Assembly (NCBI GenBank): GCA_002633005.1
Contig: NMRA01000033.1
Coordinates: 560,233 to 624,232, forward strand
Source of the DNA: Phoronis australis
Lineage: Eukaryota; Animalia; Phoronida
Direction of reading: 5' to 3'
Length of the DNA: 64,000 bases
Part shown: positions 25,856-39,806 of the stretch, one piece after another
Position numbering within the stretch: the stretch's first letter is position 1
Layout of the letters: the number at the start of each line of letters is the position of its first letter
Made by a program: the position numbers and the translations under genes
Notes under the pieces: generated by a model
Told to the model about the DNA's origin: nothing
Database searches by the model: none
What the model saw: the letters and a program-made list of their open reading frames with translations, nothing else

Positions 25856-26338
25856 CAGGCCTTTATGCAGCGTACGTCCTGGGCGTCCATTTGGACACCC
25901 TAGCAGTAATACGGATGCCCTGGCAAGGACGCCCAATGTATCATTTGGACATCCACTATCAATAGGAATCTTTCAAGTTTGGACACACACATTGTAATGA
26001 TTACTAGGAAGCCTATGAAGACTCACAGTATAGTGTCTCTTTTTTCAAAGCAGGAAGACATACACAATGTATATACAAAGTATATACAATGTTGCTATGC
26101 TCACACCTGGTTGATAGCATTGGAAAGTCTTGGTCTACACAGTTTTTTTTAGTAAAAATGCTCACTGTTTTGTAAACTTAGATGTAAAAATCTTGGTCTA
26201 TGCATTTTTTTGTAAAAAATCTGTGTGTTTGGGGGGATTGCTGGGGGTGGGGGGTTATGCATCTGAATCATGGACACCCTGGAATACTGGGAACCCCATT
26301 TTGGACACCCTATTTTCGAAATCCTGGATAAAGGCCTG
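25856..26338. mobile_element. hAT-type MITE
   Basis: TIR CAGGCCTTTAT(G/C)CAG; perfect 8-bp TSD CTTCCTGA; second copy at 40937-41375. Confidence 0.9.
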
Positions 26339-27216
26339 CTTCCTGACGCAGTAAGTATAGGGGCAATGTAATTTTAACAACTTGACAACATTTAGTTGGT
26401 AAATTATTCAGAGAAAAAATTACCCTCATTTCCATGTAACAGCAATTGTGCTGCAGAAATGCAGGTTTTCAACATGACCTGGATTTAGTCGGTGAATGAA
26501 TGTATATCTCATGCATTGCCAGTAGACAGACAAAAGACACATAATCCTGAACCAACACAAATTTTCACTTATTTCAAAAACTTGACTTCATTGGTGATAA
26601 CACATTTCTCTCAGTTGTCAAGGTTAACACCCACTCTTGATTTACAAATTTTGAATTTCAAATGTCAGCCAAATATGTCCAACCTTAATTAAAACACTCC
26701 TATTTCTGTGAACAACAACCAACGGACAGCTCCCAAAACATTTGCATTTTGCATAATACCATACAAACAGTACATGGTCTCTTTTACTCAACTGAGGTAT
26801 GGTAAACTCTCAACGAGTTGAACACAAGTTGGTGGACAAGTGAAATTTTATTTTTCCATTTTGTTCGATGAAGACCAGTAGCATCACCAAGTAAATGTTT
26901 TGTCACAATAATTTCTTTGCCATAGTTACCATTGGACGCTTTGGAAAATTGAGGATTATCACAATAACATTTGAAACCATTGAACAATGAAAAAAGGTTA
27001 AATTTGGCAATCATTTTTATCCGAAATTAGTGAGACTTTGCGGTATTTTTAGACTCCGACAAGTAAAGTGGGCGACAACAACTCTCAAGTCATTAACCCC
27101 AATTTGTCATTAAGAGAACTGGCCCGGCCCGCCCAGAGCCTGATTTGCAAGTTTCTAAGTTTACACACCATGGGATTAACCCCGTTAAAAATCAATGCTG
27201 ACACTGGGACACTTAC

Positions 27217-27288
27217 TCTTCCCGTGTTTCACTGCTGTCAACATGTGAACGCTCAAAGTCCAGGATTTCCTCAAAACTCTTCACATAC
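27217..27288 (-). CDS. PDK: PDK exon 3
   Basis: YVKSFEEILDFERSHVDSSETRE; tttcag / gtaagt, 72 nt. Confidence 0.92.
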
Positions 27289-29325
27289 CTGAAACAACAA
27301 AGGTAACAAAGTCGCTCAATGCCTGCAAATGTAGTTAACACCCACACCGTCAAATTACATGTTTTGCAAGCAGTTACTTAAGCAGTCTGCGTAGGAAACA
27401 AAGGCAAGAGGCAGAGGGGGAGTGTGCCTCACCTTCCTACTAAGAAGTTGAAAAATAAACCATACCATAGGTTAGGTAAATGGGTCTTCATTCACAGGTG
27501 TTGAACATTAACCTAAAACTTAACTATATTTCCTACATCAAATCGGGATCTCAACTTTTACTTAGAATTCTAGAAAAAGTACGAAAACAGGCTTTATTTC
27601 CTTACATTAATCCCAGGTATGTGATAATGCAATGAGATGACCCCTAGGTTTCCTAATAAGTTTGAAATGCATTGAGCCATCTTGGAAACCTTGAATGATA
27701 TTTGAAAAACTTGGACACTATCCTGTACTACAATTGTGCACACTTCCTGCACTACAATTGTATAGAACTGCAAGGTAAAAGAATATTTGATGAAAATAAA
27801 AAACTTGCCAGGAAATTTTTAAAAATAATTCCTTACAGTAAATAAAACATAGTTTCTGCAAGTTTCGTATGAATACGATTGGCCGTTTCTGAGATATGAT
27901 GTTCCAGACTTTGCCAAATATGGAACCTTTTCAACAGTTCTACATGACCTTAAGAAACATGTCATGGTATTGGTTAATGACACTTGATGCTTGAATTAAC
28001 CAAACTAACCAAACAGGTGTACCACCACAAGGCCCAATACCCTTATCATAAAGGATCTCCCAGGGTATTACAGATTGGACTTTAGACCAATGGCAAAATT
28101 CTAAACAAAGTGGGACATGTGATTAGAATAGATTGCATTTGATAAACAGAGTGCTAACTTCAAAACTGACAGATTGAAATTAAGGTCCTGCTCAAGTGAT
28201 TCTTGACTTGACGGTAATTTTTCAATCATTAAATGGGAATTTTTAGGCTTAGCTGATGAGAATTTTGCTTAATTCTTAAATATTTCTCATGGGGGAAGGG
28301 GCCCTACATTCGTCCGCGAAATCGAGGCATCGTGGGCCATTCTGCATACAAGTTTTTAATATGACATGTTGTTCATGTTAGCAGACAGTAAATCAAACAA
28401 GCTTATCAAGCTGTACTCAGTGTCATGTTTCTGGAGACATTTAGAATGTCAATAATTAAAATCTTCAAATTTTTGGAATTCAAAAATGCATTTTCAAATT
28501 TTGGTCTTAAATACTAGGGACGGGGGGAGGCTTGCTACGTACGATTTTATTCCCTCCAGAGAATAAAATCAGTTAATGTCTCTGCCAGATAGCTACTTCA
28601 TGTCCAGTGCAGAATGTTATGCCTGACTTGATCAAGCAACACCACAGGTCACAGTTGACTGCTATGTTCAGAGCAAAGAGCATGATGCAATCCTAATCTC
28701 AATTGAGGTGTTGCATAAAATCCCCTAACACCTAGTAAACATCATGTGACTTGCAAGGGCTAAACAGAGGTTAAAAACAACTGACCCCAACATGGCCTAG
28801 GGCTAAAGTTGATGGACATAACTTAGTCATGGGAAAACAGCAACTGTGAGTAAATAAATGCTGTCAAGGTCATACTTTAACCCAGCCAATCTGAAACGTG
28901 GTAAACAGACATGCCTCTAACACACCCCTCATTTCAGCCAATCACGTTACACATGCTTGACCTAGATAAACATGCATACAACAGTCAGGGCACGTAGTCA
29001 GATTTATTACCGTATGCCCCTGGTTTAAAAAAGATATGGAAGTGGCCTAATTTTGCAAGGGTCAAAGTACACTTTCAGAAATTATTAACATTCTATAATA
29101 ATAATAAGGCACTGTGAGCATAGCAAAACTGAAAAATCAACAATTACCTCGTAATTAAATCCACTTCATTTCAGACATCGTACTGCCAAAATTATTTTTT
29201 CATTTCAAAGAACATCTAACATTATTGTGAACTCTCACAATTCATTGGCAGGATTTTATCATGCAACTGCTGCTGCCACTAGTTCTGAATTTTAAATTCT
29301 ATTTGCCATCACTTATTTTACTCAC

Positions 29326-29467
29326 ATTTTCTGCACAATATCTACAGAGGGCATGGAAAGTAGATTGTCTGGCAATAGGCTAATCTCTTTCATAATGTTG
29401 GCAAGTCTCACAGGCAGCTCTTTACGAAGAAACGAGAATGAGGTCTTCTCACAACCTACTTCCCTTC
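29326..29467 (-). CDS. PDK: PDK exon 2
   Basis: [46 protein letters not shown]; canonical splice sites, 142 nt. Confidence 0.96.
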
Positions 29468-30049
29468 CTGTAACAGAAAACAGTTGCAATAGAAACAAAA
29501 TGAAAAATTAATTTCAAGTCATGCTTTTCGTCTGAGCATACCTGTATGTATAATTATGAGGAGATAACTCTGACTATTATCCAAATTAACATAACAAACG
29601 TCAACGTAAATGTTGACATCCTGCAGGCAGATAATTTCCTCCACTTTACGAAACCGCCCACTGTTCTAGTCACCTCAATTTCATAACCTTCTGCATTTTT
29701 GATATAACAAGTATTGCACACTCATACCTTATTTACCCTCATGTGGGGTTAATCCATGGGGATAAAAGAATCCATAGTGGATGTTTATGCAAGATTTGGC
29801 AACATTCCTTCAATATCCTGACTCACCTCATTAAAGCCAGAAACATTAGGTAAGACCACCAAATAATGAAAAGTTCAGTCAGGTAACAAAAGCTACCCAG
29901 GATCTATCAACTTATGGCTTTCTTAATCCACAGAGCATAATAATAGTTTCATTCATCTAGCTGTGAAGAAAGTCAGAACAATGAAAGCCCTGCTTCAGGA
30001 ATTCCATCAACAACAACCACCACACTGATACAACAGAGTAGGATCTCAC

Positions 30050-30275
30050 CAAATTGCATCATGTTTCCAAGTGAGACAGGAGAAGGTGTGAACGCCGCAT
30101 ACTCCTGGATTTTTCCAAGATGTTCAACCGACTTCTTCCCAACAACCTCACTTTTCCCATTTTGTTGTTTCACCCGAGCCGAAGCTACAGAGGCCAATAG
30201 TCGGTTCAAGTTAGCGTGATGAAGTTTAAGGCTGACATAGGTGCACTGCTTTGCTTTTGATAAGACACACGACAT
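30050..30275 (-). CDS. PDK: Pyruvate dehydrogenase kinase, alternative proximal first coding exon (1b)
   Basis: MSCVLSKAKQ...IQEYAAFTPSPVSLGNMMQF-G, donor gtgaga; same phase-1 junction and homologous motif as exon 1a. Confidence 0.78.
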
Positions 30276-30419
30276 GATGACAAAGTTCAGCTCAGCACCC
30301 TCCTCCAATGGAAAATTCCCAAATGATGGAAGAATATTGTCAACAACTCATAGTGATCAAAATATTCCCTGTTCAGACTCCAGTCCTTTAGTCCTGCCAC
30401 AAACTGCCACCAACATCTA

Positions 30420-30550
30420 ATAAGCCCTCAACACACACTGGCCATTTTATAATGCAATGTTGACAAAAGCAGATTTAACTAGTTTTCAGGTGATGGCCTA
30501 CTTTTCAAATGATGTCTCTGCTGATTGGCTAGTTTTGTTCCCACCCCTAA
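30420..30550 (-). promoter_or_regulatory. Candidate core promoter of PDK exon 1b
   Basis: Minus-strand TATAAA (30446-30451) followed by ATGGC, AGCCAATCAG CCAAT box (30521-30530), CACCC/GT box (30541-30547). Confidence 0.5.
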
Positions 30551-31814
30551 GAGATAATTTGGATTAGTCCACTACATACACAAAACAAGTGATATCCTAG
30601 GAAAATCAGATTGATAACCACACGAACAACTTGAAGTAAAGAAAGAAGTGCTTGCTTGCCATCTAGACAGCTAATTTATGAATAAATACACAGAAGTGTC
30701 AAGAATTTTTTAAAATATTTTTTATTAAGTTTTAAGCATTTTTATCATTTATTTGAATTGAAAGTAATTACAAAATTGCCTGAAATTTGTGACATGCGCT
30801 GAATCATGCCAGTAGCACTCCACAAAAAATCCACGGAATCAGAGTATATATAATTAATTTATCTGCAATTAAGTCAGGGGAGATAACTACACAATTTGCC
30901 AATAGCCTGTTGTAGAGAGTATATTATTTAATTGCCAACTGTTATTGGTGAAACTTTTTTTCACATCTGTTTATGAAATCATCTGGAAGCAAATACTCGA
31001 GGCCATAGATCATTTCTAAGTCAAGCTGTGGTGAAATTCATTTCGCCATCAGTAGGGTAAGCAGACAGGTTCACAAATTTCACCAAGAAAACTTGGGCAG
31101 TTCTCAAGTTATTGTAATTTTTCAGAAAAAAGCACTTCGAAATTTCAGGCCGCAGGAAGTAGCGACAGCTACATGTAGGAAACCATAATTCCCTGTTCTC
31201 CTAAAAGCAGAAAGTTCTTTACTTGCAAGTAGCTAAACAACATGGCATAGACATCAAACCATGTACCCACTGTAATATTTTACATGACGAAGATAAAAAA
31301 GATTAAGAAATTTACTATGGCTTTCTGTAAGGCAAAGGAAAATAACAAATCTGCAGACTTCAATATCAACACTCCTGAGAAATGGATGTAAGTCCTTACA
31401 CTCACTGATAGAATATCTTATCCACCAGCTCGGACTCAGTTTTAACTAAACACGATGCCAGCGTCGCATCGTTTAATCGTTCCGACACCCTTGAGTTCCT
31501 CGCTCCAGATCATGTTCATGCGAAATCGTTTACAAAAACTTTGGACATAAAATGTGTCATGTAGCAGTGAGCTATTGGCATCCTTAAACAGAATGGGAAA
31601 ATATCATCAGAGGCGTACTAACTAAGGCTTGTGACATGTCTGTGAACCTTCGCTACTTTACTCACCACCCCACCTACAGTGGAACTTCATGTCTTTGCCA
31701 AAACTAGTACGGAAGCACATAGGGCCACGTGTTTTTTGAAATCTGGTCACCAAAATAACATTGCCATGGCACAAACTTGAGTGAAACCTCTTAAGGACAT
31801 TTTGCTACCACACT

Positions 31815-32324
31815 AAGAGACCTACTTGTTTATGGTCCACAGTGTTTGCGCGCGAAACCTTCTTTTTGTAATGTTTATTACACTTTTTGTATTTTGTGCA
31901 ATCATTTCGTAACAAATTTGTTGTAGTTAAAGTAGTCTTCTGTTTTTTTCATCGTCACTCAGATTCCATTTTCTTTAAAAAATGAAGTAATTTTCTTCAT
32001 TGCACAGTGAAGCAGACGACGGAAACGGAGTCGTACTGCGCAGCGCCTCTGCCGGTCGCCTGGGATATCGCGAGAGAGCCTATACTCAGCCATAATTCCG
32101 TTACAATTGAGCCATGTTCCGAATTTGACACTTGAAAGTAGATCTGAGCCCCCCCCCAACATACTAAAACTGCACACATTTCAATATAGTTTCCGCCATA
32201 AAATGTTAATTACCGGGGTTAATAAATAAACTCAACATTTCCCTATGCTCTTGCTGTTTTATTTTTTTTTGCGGCAGCCAGGGGGGGGGGCGGGCCCCTG
32301 GGGCCCCCCCTAAATCCGCCTATG
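31815..32324 (-). mobile_element. Partial copy of CATAGGCGGA-terminated DNA element
   Basis: Reverse complement of 59720-60335; terminus taaatccgcctatg. Confidence 0.75.
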
Positions 32325-35300
32325 AGTTTTTGTGAGTTATTGGTTTATTGTATCTTTGTTTTATTGCCTTTTTGCAGCCAGTGCTTGTACCTTGTTTAGC
32401 TAATGATCAGCCAGTGTGTGAGTCAATGGTTATCTCTTAACTCATTCTCACGTCTTCAAGACTTTGGCAACCCACTTAGGCAATGGTAGTACATGGTCAT
32501 GACCAACTGGCCATCAGCTACTGTTGTTTTGATATAGCAACAGCTGTGACCTAGCTACTGCTCTCATACCACAGATTGTGAATTCCAGAGGTTCCAACTG
32601 TCCAGCAATGCTCTGGAGACAATATTTAGGCCTCATGCAGCTGGTACAGTTAGTGGTGTGTTTAACCTTTGACCTATCCATGGTGCCAATGATTGGTTAG
32701 AATAAGCATTTGTTATGACGATGAGCCTCATGTAGGGATCAAGAATGGTACAAATTTCTGGCACTGATCAATTGCCTGGAATTCCGAACACATCAAGAAA
32801 TATGTATACAAAAACACACAATCACAAACCATGGCAAGGATCATCCCAACTGCCTCCGGTAGCGATCTCTCCTTTTATGGCGAGATATTTTTCGAAGCTG
32901 ACAGGTCAACTCTTAGCAAATAAATATTAATGTTATACACCTTATGTTTTGATGTTTCTGAAAATGTCTTTTAATTCTTAGAGATACCGTATTTAGAGAA
33001 GGGCAGTTTGCGCTGTTTGTTCACACGACGAGTAATCCTGTCATGTGACTTAGCACTTCTAATATGATATCAAGTTGTCAGCTATAGTACCATGTGCACT
33101 AAGTCTTTAGATGTCTATGACAGCATATTGTAAGCACAGTGACTTACAGAAATTTGAAATCCACACATGAAAAATGTGAAGCCTTTACAGTTCTAGTAGA
33201 ACACGCTTTTTAACCCTTATTAGATTGTTAGAACATGACAGTGTATAACGAAGCTACCAATACCTAAACGTTAATCCTAACGAAATCTGTAGGTGGAAAA
33301 TTCATAAAAATCCTCACTTGTCCTGAACTAGTGATAATCTGCCATTTTACGGGTGTTTTGCTAGGAGTAATTAACACTGGTCAACGATATAAACATAACA
33401 ACCGCAATATCAAAACAAATAAAAGAAAAAATGCTTTACAGAAAGAATATTTGGACAACTTGTGAAAATATATAATTCAAGGGGAAAACTAAGATACCGG
33501 TGGCGTCCGGTGACTTTGTTAGGCGGCTGACAGCCAACAATGAACGACGACCAGTTCCAACTGCAGGCAAAATCACTTCAGAAAGAAAACTTGGTATGTT
33601 GCCGAATAGTATAATATAAGTAAGTTCAAAGTAAAAGAATTTTCATTGAGCCTGAGGCTACTAACGGAGCCCGGCGGCCTAGTGGCAGGGCCACGGACAT
33701 CACTGCTCTGTGGTGCAGGATGAACACATCAATTAGCTCCGCAGGCCTTGAAGAGCTGAAATTCGTGTGACCAAGAGATTAAAAAATTATTGTGTCATGC
33801 TACCAACACTACAATATTTTCCCATCGGCAACATTCAGCTCACACTCTTCCCCTTTGCGTTTTCAATCGCGGAATTTTTATTTTTAAAAAATGGAGGTAT
33901 CAATTACAAATTTTTATCACGTTTTAATATAATATGTTTTGTCTAATAATTGAAAAAGTCAATTAAGCAAGTGATTATATATTTTCCCAACGCCGGGCGA
34001 AGTGACACTGGCATGGAAGCTGCTGGGGAAACTTTGGTGGTTGTCGTGTCGAGCAGCAAAAATCAAAAATACGTGTGCATTATTGCAATTCAGGTGAGGA
34101 GTGCACTGTTTTGAGATAAAAATGTTTTTGTTTACTAAAACATCGCCGTGTGTGGATGCATTGCATCAAATTAGTATAAAAAGAACCAAACTGAGATTTA
34201 AAAACAGCTAAACAAAATAACACATTTACGCTCACGGTGATAACAATACATTTTCAAGGACAACATGGCTGTCATTCAGGAATCGTTCCTGAACTGATGG
34301 CCAAAGATTACCCAGGTCACGGAAAAAGTCGATTTTCTGATCACGGCCGAGGTACAAAATTATGCTCAAAAAGACTTTTAGTTTATTATAACAGAAAAGA
34401 GGTAAACATTATACCATGTTACATCTTACGTAATTCGGTATATATTTTCAAGTTTTTGAACTTGATTAACCCTTTGACATAACAGCAAGAAAAGTTATTT
34501 TCTGAAATCAATCTAAGCCCAGATCTAAACCTACAACCCCCTCTATTGTACGTTTGTTATTTTAAGCATATTTTACTGATAAAGTCACCAGCCTTGATTT
34601 CAGCGGTGATTAGTAACAAAATCACAAGATTTTGTTTGTTTCATATCGCTGGTCAAAGCTAATAAGTCTATCTAATCCAGCAATAACCTCAGTAAAACTG
34701 ATAACGCCCTTTAGGAGGAAGTCAGTTCAACTGATTCCTCATATTCTGAAGCATCCACTACAAAAGTATTTTAAAGCATTTATTTACTACAAAAGTTTAG
34801 TTGCGATAAAGCATTGATTCCACGGACTTCTTTATATATCATCTATTGCTTTTCGCGATAATTCACAAAATATGAATGCTGCAATTCGCTGCCAGCAGTA
34901 AAGTGAAGTTTGTAGACAAACAATAAGGATTTAATCCAAAGGCAGTAGCTCTAAGTCATACACACAACAAAAATCACTTATGATATCCAAGTAGCTGTTG
35001 CCCTAGCAACAACACTACAGAAAACTGGTGATTGTTTATCGGGAAACCAAAAAGCTTTACACTTTATTTTTCAAAGCCCTGATTTTTGGTATTCTTGATG
35101 ACTTTGTTATTTTAGAAAACCAAGAGCTAGGTATAATACTATCCATCACTACAGTGGTCCTACAGTCATCCTCCCCTCGTCGTGTGCTGCCTCCTCTTGG
35201 TGTGGCTAGTAGACATGATCTCCTCCCATAATCCTCTGTATGCAAAATACATTGACCTCGAGCACATCAAAAGTATTGGATGTTAATTATCAATTCCACA

Positions 35301-36714
35301 GACGAATGAAAGTACCAGAATGAAATCTTGACAGCCAGAGTATTTATTCGACTTGAAAGGGTTTAAAGACATCGACAGCCTTTGAAGACGTGTACCACTA
35401 AGCTCAAACATTATTTTGGAGAGAACTGAGGTTGGAAAATTAGCCTGGGTGAAAGTAATTACGACAAATGTTTTCTGCGTTACATGGCATACTAGGAGGT
35501 ACTATCACCTATTGTGTTCCCTGACTTTGAAAACCAGTTCCACCCAGCCAAATCCATGCCACCTAAAATGCTTGGCAGTGACACCTAATTGTGATTAATA
35601 AAATTCAGCTGCAGTGACCCCAAGGAACCTGAAGTACAAAACTGTATCTATATACAGCTTTGGAACCATTTGGATAAAAAGGTCTAGCAAAATGAAACCC
35701 TGCAGACAGTCAATTATGAATTTAAAGCACATTTAATTAGGTTATTGGAACGAAAAGAATAACGTTCATCCATTATATTATACTGCTGTAGTTAAATTTG
35801 TGAAGCGATCATATGCTTCAACTTTGAGCACCATGAAATTGAGCATTATCTGTTGGTCAATTTCTGTTTTTCGCTTTCAGAAACGTTACGTTGAAAAATC
35901 TTCATGGACATGTTCAAGTTATAATGACTAAATTGTATCCAGAGTCATGGTATGTGGTAATTATAACTCCATGTGCATGCATGTTTCATTCAACTTTATT
36001 TGCTGCATTTTGAAATGAGTAACTTGTTATGGGGATGTACTATCGCCCTTGTATGCCTGCGGCATTCAGTGTGATGTAATTACCTATCTGAAACATTGCG
36101 TTGAAAAAATATTCAAAGCTGGTCCTCAGAAATGTGTCCTTTACCGGCCACTTGTGTTGCTTACTCAAAGGAACCTTGAAAACTTATCAAAGGCAAACAA
36201 AAGTAACTGATGTTAGCCACACTGAACAGGGTCGACTGCTGGCCAGGGTCGCCGCCGGCTCTGCACAGTACCCCCATGGCCCCTGAAGATCCGGCCCTGA
36301 GTATCTGAGAAAAATTCTATGTCCCAAAAATGTGTCCCCACCATGAATGTGTCACTTACCAGCCATTTGTCACTTTCTGAAACGTTGCATTGAAAATTTT
36401 TCGAAGTCCCTTGAAATGTGCCGTTTATTGGCCATTTGTATCACTTTTTGAAAGGTACAACACGCACAGCGAAGTCAATTTTAGTCATGGAGCAGACGGC
36501 AGGTCTTGATAGTCCGCTGACCTGGCTCTGCTGGGCGAATTGTCGCAGTCCTCATGCCTGTCCCACATCGACCGTCCTGTTCACCAGTGGCTGACATCCG
36601 GGGGAGCAGTTGCAATGCTGAAGTTCCACTATAGACCCTATTCATGCCGACAGGAGGCGCGTTCCAAAACGAGGCTCGCTACTATAGCTCTGGTGGCTTA
36701 TCCGCGGAGTTATA

Positions 36715-36870
36715 CTACGCGTTGCTCGAACAGCTAGGAAAAATACGGACACTCTGTTTTACAATCCCTAAGGACATTGGGATTCGGAAGCGTTGGGTCC
36801 TTGCCATACGCTGCGACGAAGGAAAATATGTCCGTGTAAAATTTATAACTGTTTTCGAATCATAATTTGT
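36715..36870 (+). pseudogene. Decayed THAP-domain fragment (transposon remnant)
   Basis: CSNS / FTIPKDIGIRKRWVLAIR / SNH across frameshifts resembles the THAP C..C..FP.D..R..W..CS.HF pattern. Confidence 0.55.
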
Positions 36871-37166
36871 CGCATCTCGGACTGGATGCCGCCATAGCAA
36901 GGACCGGAGAATCTTCGGCCAGCCAGGCTGTGTTTTCATGACTATGGGTTGAAGCGCGATGCATTTTTCTTTACAAAAAGGACAGGGCCCTCAATCCCTC
37001 AAATTTGGGGCCAAACATCGGCCCCATTCCCCTCTCAAAAATATTGAAAAATCACGCGAAATTCCCGGCCACGAGGCCTAAAAATCCCCTTTGTGATTGA
37101 AAATTTCTCTCCAACGGTTCAAATCACCTGTGACCACAGAGGTGACAATTTGAAAAAGTACAAAAT

Positions 37167-37483
37167 CATAGGCGGATTTAGGGGGGGAGCGGCCCGACCC
37201 CCCCTTGACTGCCGCAAGCAAAATAAACCAGCAAAAGGTGAAGAGGGAGGAAACTTGTACTGAGTTCGAGCTAGGACCGGTAGCGGATGAGGGGGGGAAA
37301 GCACGTTCCGTTTTATTTTTTTTTAGTCCAACGACAGATTTCCTGAGCAGAAGGTAAACATCCTCGGCGCCCGCAACTTCCGGGCCGCCTGCATGCATAC
37401 AATCGCGCTTTGCCCGCTTCTCCGAGGATGTCGCCCCCGCCCCCCTCACTATAGGCCTATATGGTATCCTAGATCAGCCACTG
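37167..37483 (+). mobile_element. MITE with 5-bp TSD, same termini as 59709-60684
   Basis: CATAGGCGGATTTAG ... CTAGATCAGCCACTG, TSD AAAAT. Confidence 0.8.
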
Positions 37484-37689
37484 AAAATGGTACTTGAGAC
37501 AGAGCTATAAGAGCTTGCAAAAGGGCGGGGTGCTATTGATGGTGATCGGGAGGACAGTAGAGTTTTCACTGACCCGTCACTCGGCGAAACGTTCCCCTCT
37601 CAGTCGGAAGGCCGCACACACACGGTGAGGCACCTTTCCCCTCGGATATGAATGAGGCCTCTGAAGAAACGTGATATCTATGCTTGTTC

Positions 37690-37854
37690 CAGGGGGGATC
37701 CAGGACTTTGAGTTGGGAGAGGGGGAAGGCAGAGTATTAGCCAGGATTTTGCCCGTCAGAAATTCGCGCTCCTGAACTGCCAAATGGAATCTGGGAGAAT
37801 TTTAGGAGGGGGGCTGGGGCATAGCCCCTTGGCTCCCCTCTAAATCTGCCACTG
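37690..37854 (+). mobile_element. Short MITE with 5-bp TSD
   Basis: CAGGGGGGATCCAG ... TAAATCTGCCACTG, TSD TGTTC. Confidence 0.75.
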
Positions 37855-38933
37855 TGTTCTGTCCAGTTAACTGAAATTGAGCTCTAAAACGAGGTTATGC
37901 TTTGGACCAAAGAATTAGGTGTTTCAATTTTAAAATTCAACTTGGTCGAGACTGATATTTGAAAAATATAACACATGAAATAGACGTAATTATTAAAACC
38001 AAGAAAGCAGAATTGATGGTCATATAATTTTTTATTTTCAATTGCGAGCCTTGTTTTTTATCGTAATCAAAATATATATTTAATAACATCAAGTATTATT
38101 TCAGATCAATAACAAATCAACTGTTAGTCCCGGTAGTGCCTACCTCACCAGGACCTAGGCTGTGCTTGAAGCTAATAGGCCTACTCTTGATCAACAAGCA
38201 TTTTTATCAAGAATTTATTAGAAGAAACGTAACCCTGCATTCAGCATGATACCTAATCCGCAACACTACGATTGCCGCAATTTGGTCATGTTTACTTTTC
38301 ATGTTTCGAACCTAGTTTTCCGGAAAAAAACCTATATCCTTTCGTCAGACAACTCTTTGGTGCATTGACTTGTTCTTTAACTGTATTTTTCTACATCTCT
38401 GTGGTTAATTTATTGACACATTTTTTAAGATTTAATATTCAGGTTGGACTCCAAAGACCGGCCATTTAACTCACGCAATGTAAATTTGCGCTTTGTTTAT
38501 CGCAGTGAGCCTCGCTTTGGATTTTAATGTCCGCCGCGTGAATAGAGTCTATAGTCATGTCCCTGGATGTGTATCTGAAGTCCCACGATCCACATATGGC
38601 CAGATCCGCCGCTCTGCCTCCGTACTAGCAACAGACGGAAAGCGCAGGGTCACAATGCAGTCCAGTTACCCCCATGTTGGCAAAGGACCGATTGGAGGTT
38701 TGTGCACCCATTGTTCCGCCGTCGGAAAGTGCTAATGCAGGTGATCAGGTACTGCCCAACGATCAGGAAGTTTCAATGGCAAGTTTCCCTCATGACACAT
38801 TTCAAAATGTGAGTTTTCACTTTACCCTATATTGTGATATATATCAAAGGGACGGTTGTTGGACAACGCAGTTGGTGGCTTTGGTTTGGTATAGACAGTG
38901 CCACCGCCTTAACTTAGCAGTATACTGTATGCA

Positions 38934-39197
38934 CCAGAAGATATGACATCATATCTCCTGACAAGCACAGTGCAAAAATGGCCAGTTGCCGATTTGGGCA
39001 ACTGAGCAAAGGACCGCTCCAAAAAAAAGTTTGATTAAGGGAGTATTTGTGCGACTTGGAAGGAACTAATGACATTGACGGTTTCCTAAGGTGTCCCTCT
39101 ATGTGCAACATGTAGTTGTAGCAGCATGACTTTGATGGTTTAATCAGTGTGAGGCATCATTCGCCAAAAAGCTTCAGGCGTATGACTGAAGGGCCTT
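38934..39197 (+). repeat. Dispersed repeat; inverted copy at 40587-40742 plus 44494-44592, third copy ~62950-63330
   Basis: Direct reading of reverse-complement matches. Confidence 0.75.
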
Positions 39198-39685
39198 TGG
39201 GAGCATCACTGCAACGTAGAGGCGGTGTCTATGGTTAAGTATAGATACACCTGGGCACACATTCGACACTGTCGTATGTGGTAAAAATCCAATAGACAGA
39301 TCCCTCTTGAAAATCGCTGCGGGATACAGTTATTCAGTGAAAAGTGGTTCCTGCAGCAGCCATTTTGAAGAGGGACCTGTCTATTAAACTACTTGACTTT
39401 TACCAATAATGTATGCCAGAAAGGATATTCTACGTATTTGGCTTGGACCAAAATAACATCTGCCAAATATACATAACTGATTCATGTACGGAAAGAGTGA
39501 TTTTCCTACATGTCGCTTCAATAAAATTATGTTCCTGCTTTTGATTTTTTAAGCACTGACCCAATTTAAAACCAGACGGCGCTACATGGTGACATAGTGT
39601 GTGGCGTGGGATATGTTTTCATTATGCCATGACACATCTTGGAGTTCTTAATCTAGGTATAATATTCGGACAAAACATAACTTAC

Positions 39686-39806
39686 CAAAATCCAAAAACT
39701 GTTTTATTGACAACGGGGATGGATAAAAATTCGAGTATTTATCCAACATCTTCTTAGTCGTTGTCGAGGTAAGTACCTTCTGCATACACACAATTGAAAT
39801 TCTCAT
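39686..39806 (-). CDS. PDK: Pyruvate dehydrogenase kinase, distal first coding exon (1a)
   Basis: MRISIVCMQKVLTSTTTKKMLDKYSNFYPSPLSIKQFLDF-G, donor gtaagt; PSPLSIKQFLDFG is the canonical PDK motif. Confidence 0.92.

Noticed and set aside
31959-32179. Similar ORFs at 31959-32177 and 59812-60015 as a gene family
   Set aside because: Two copies of a non-autonomous transposon interior; no recognisable domain
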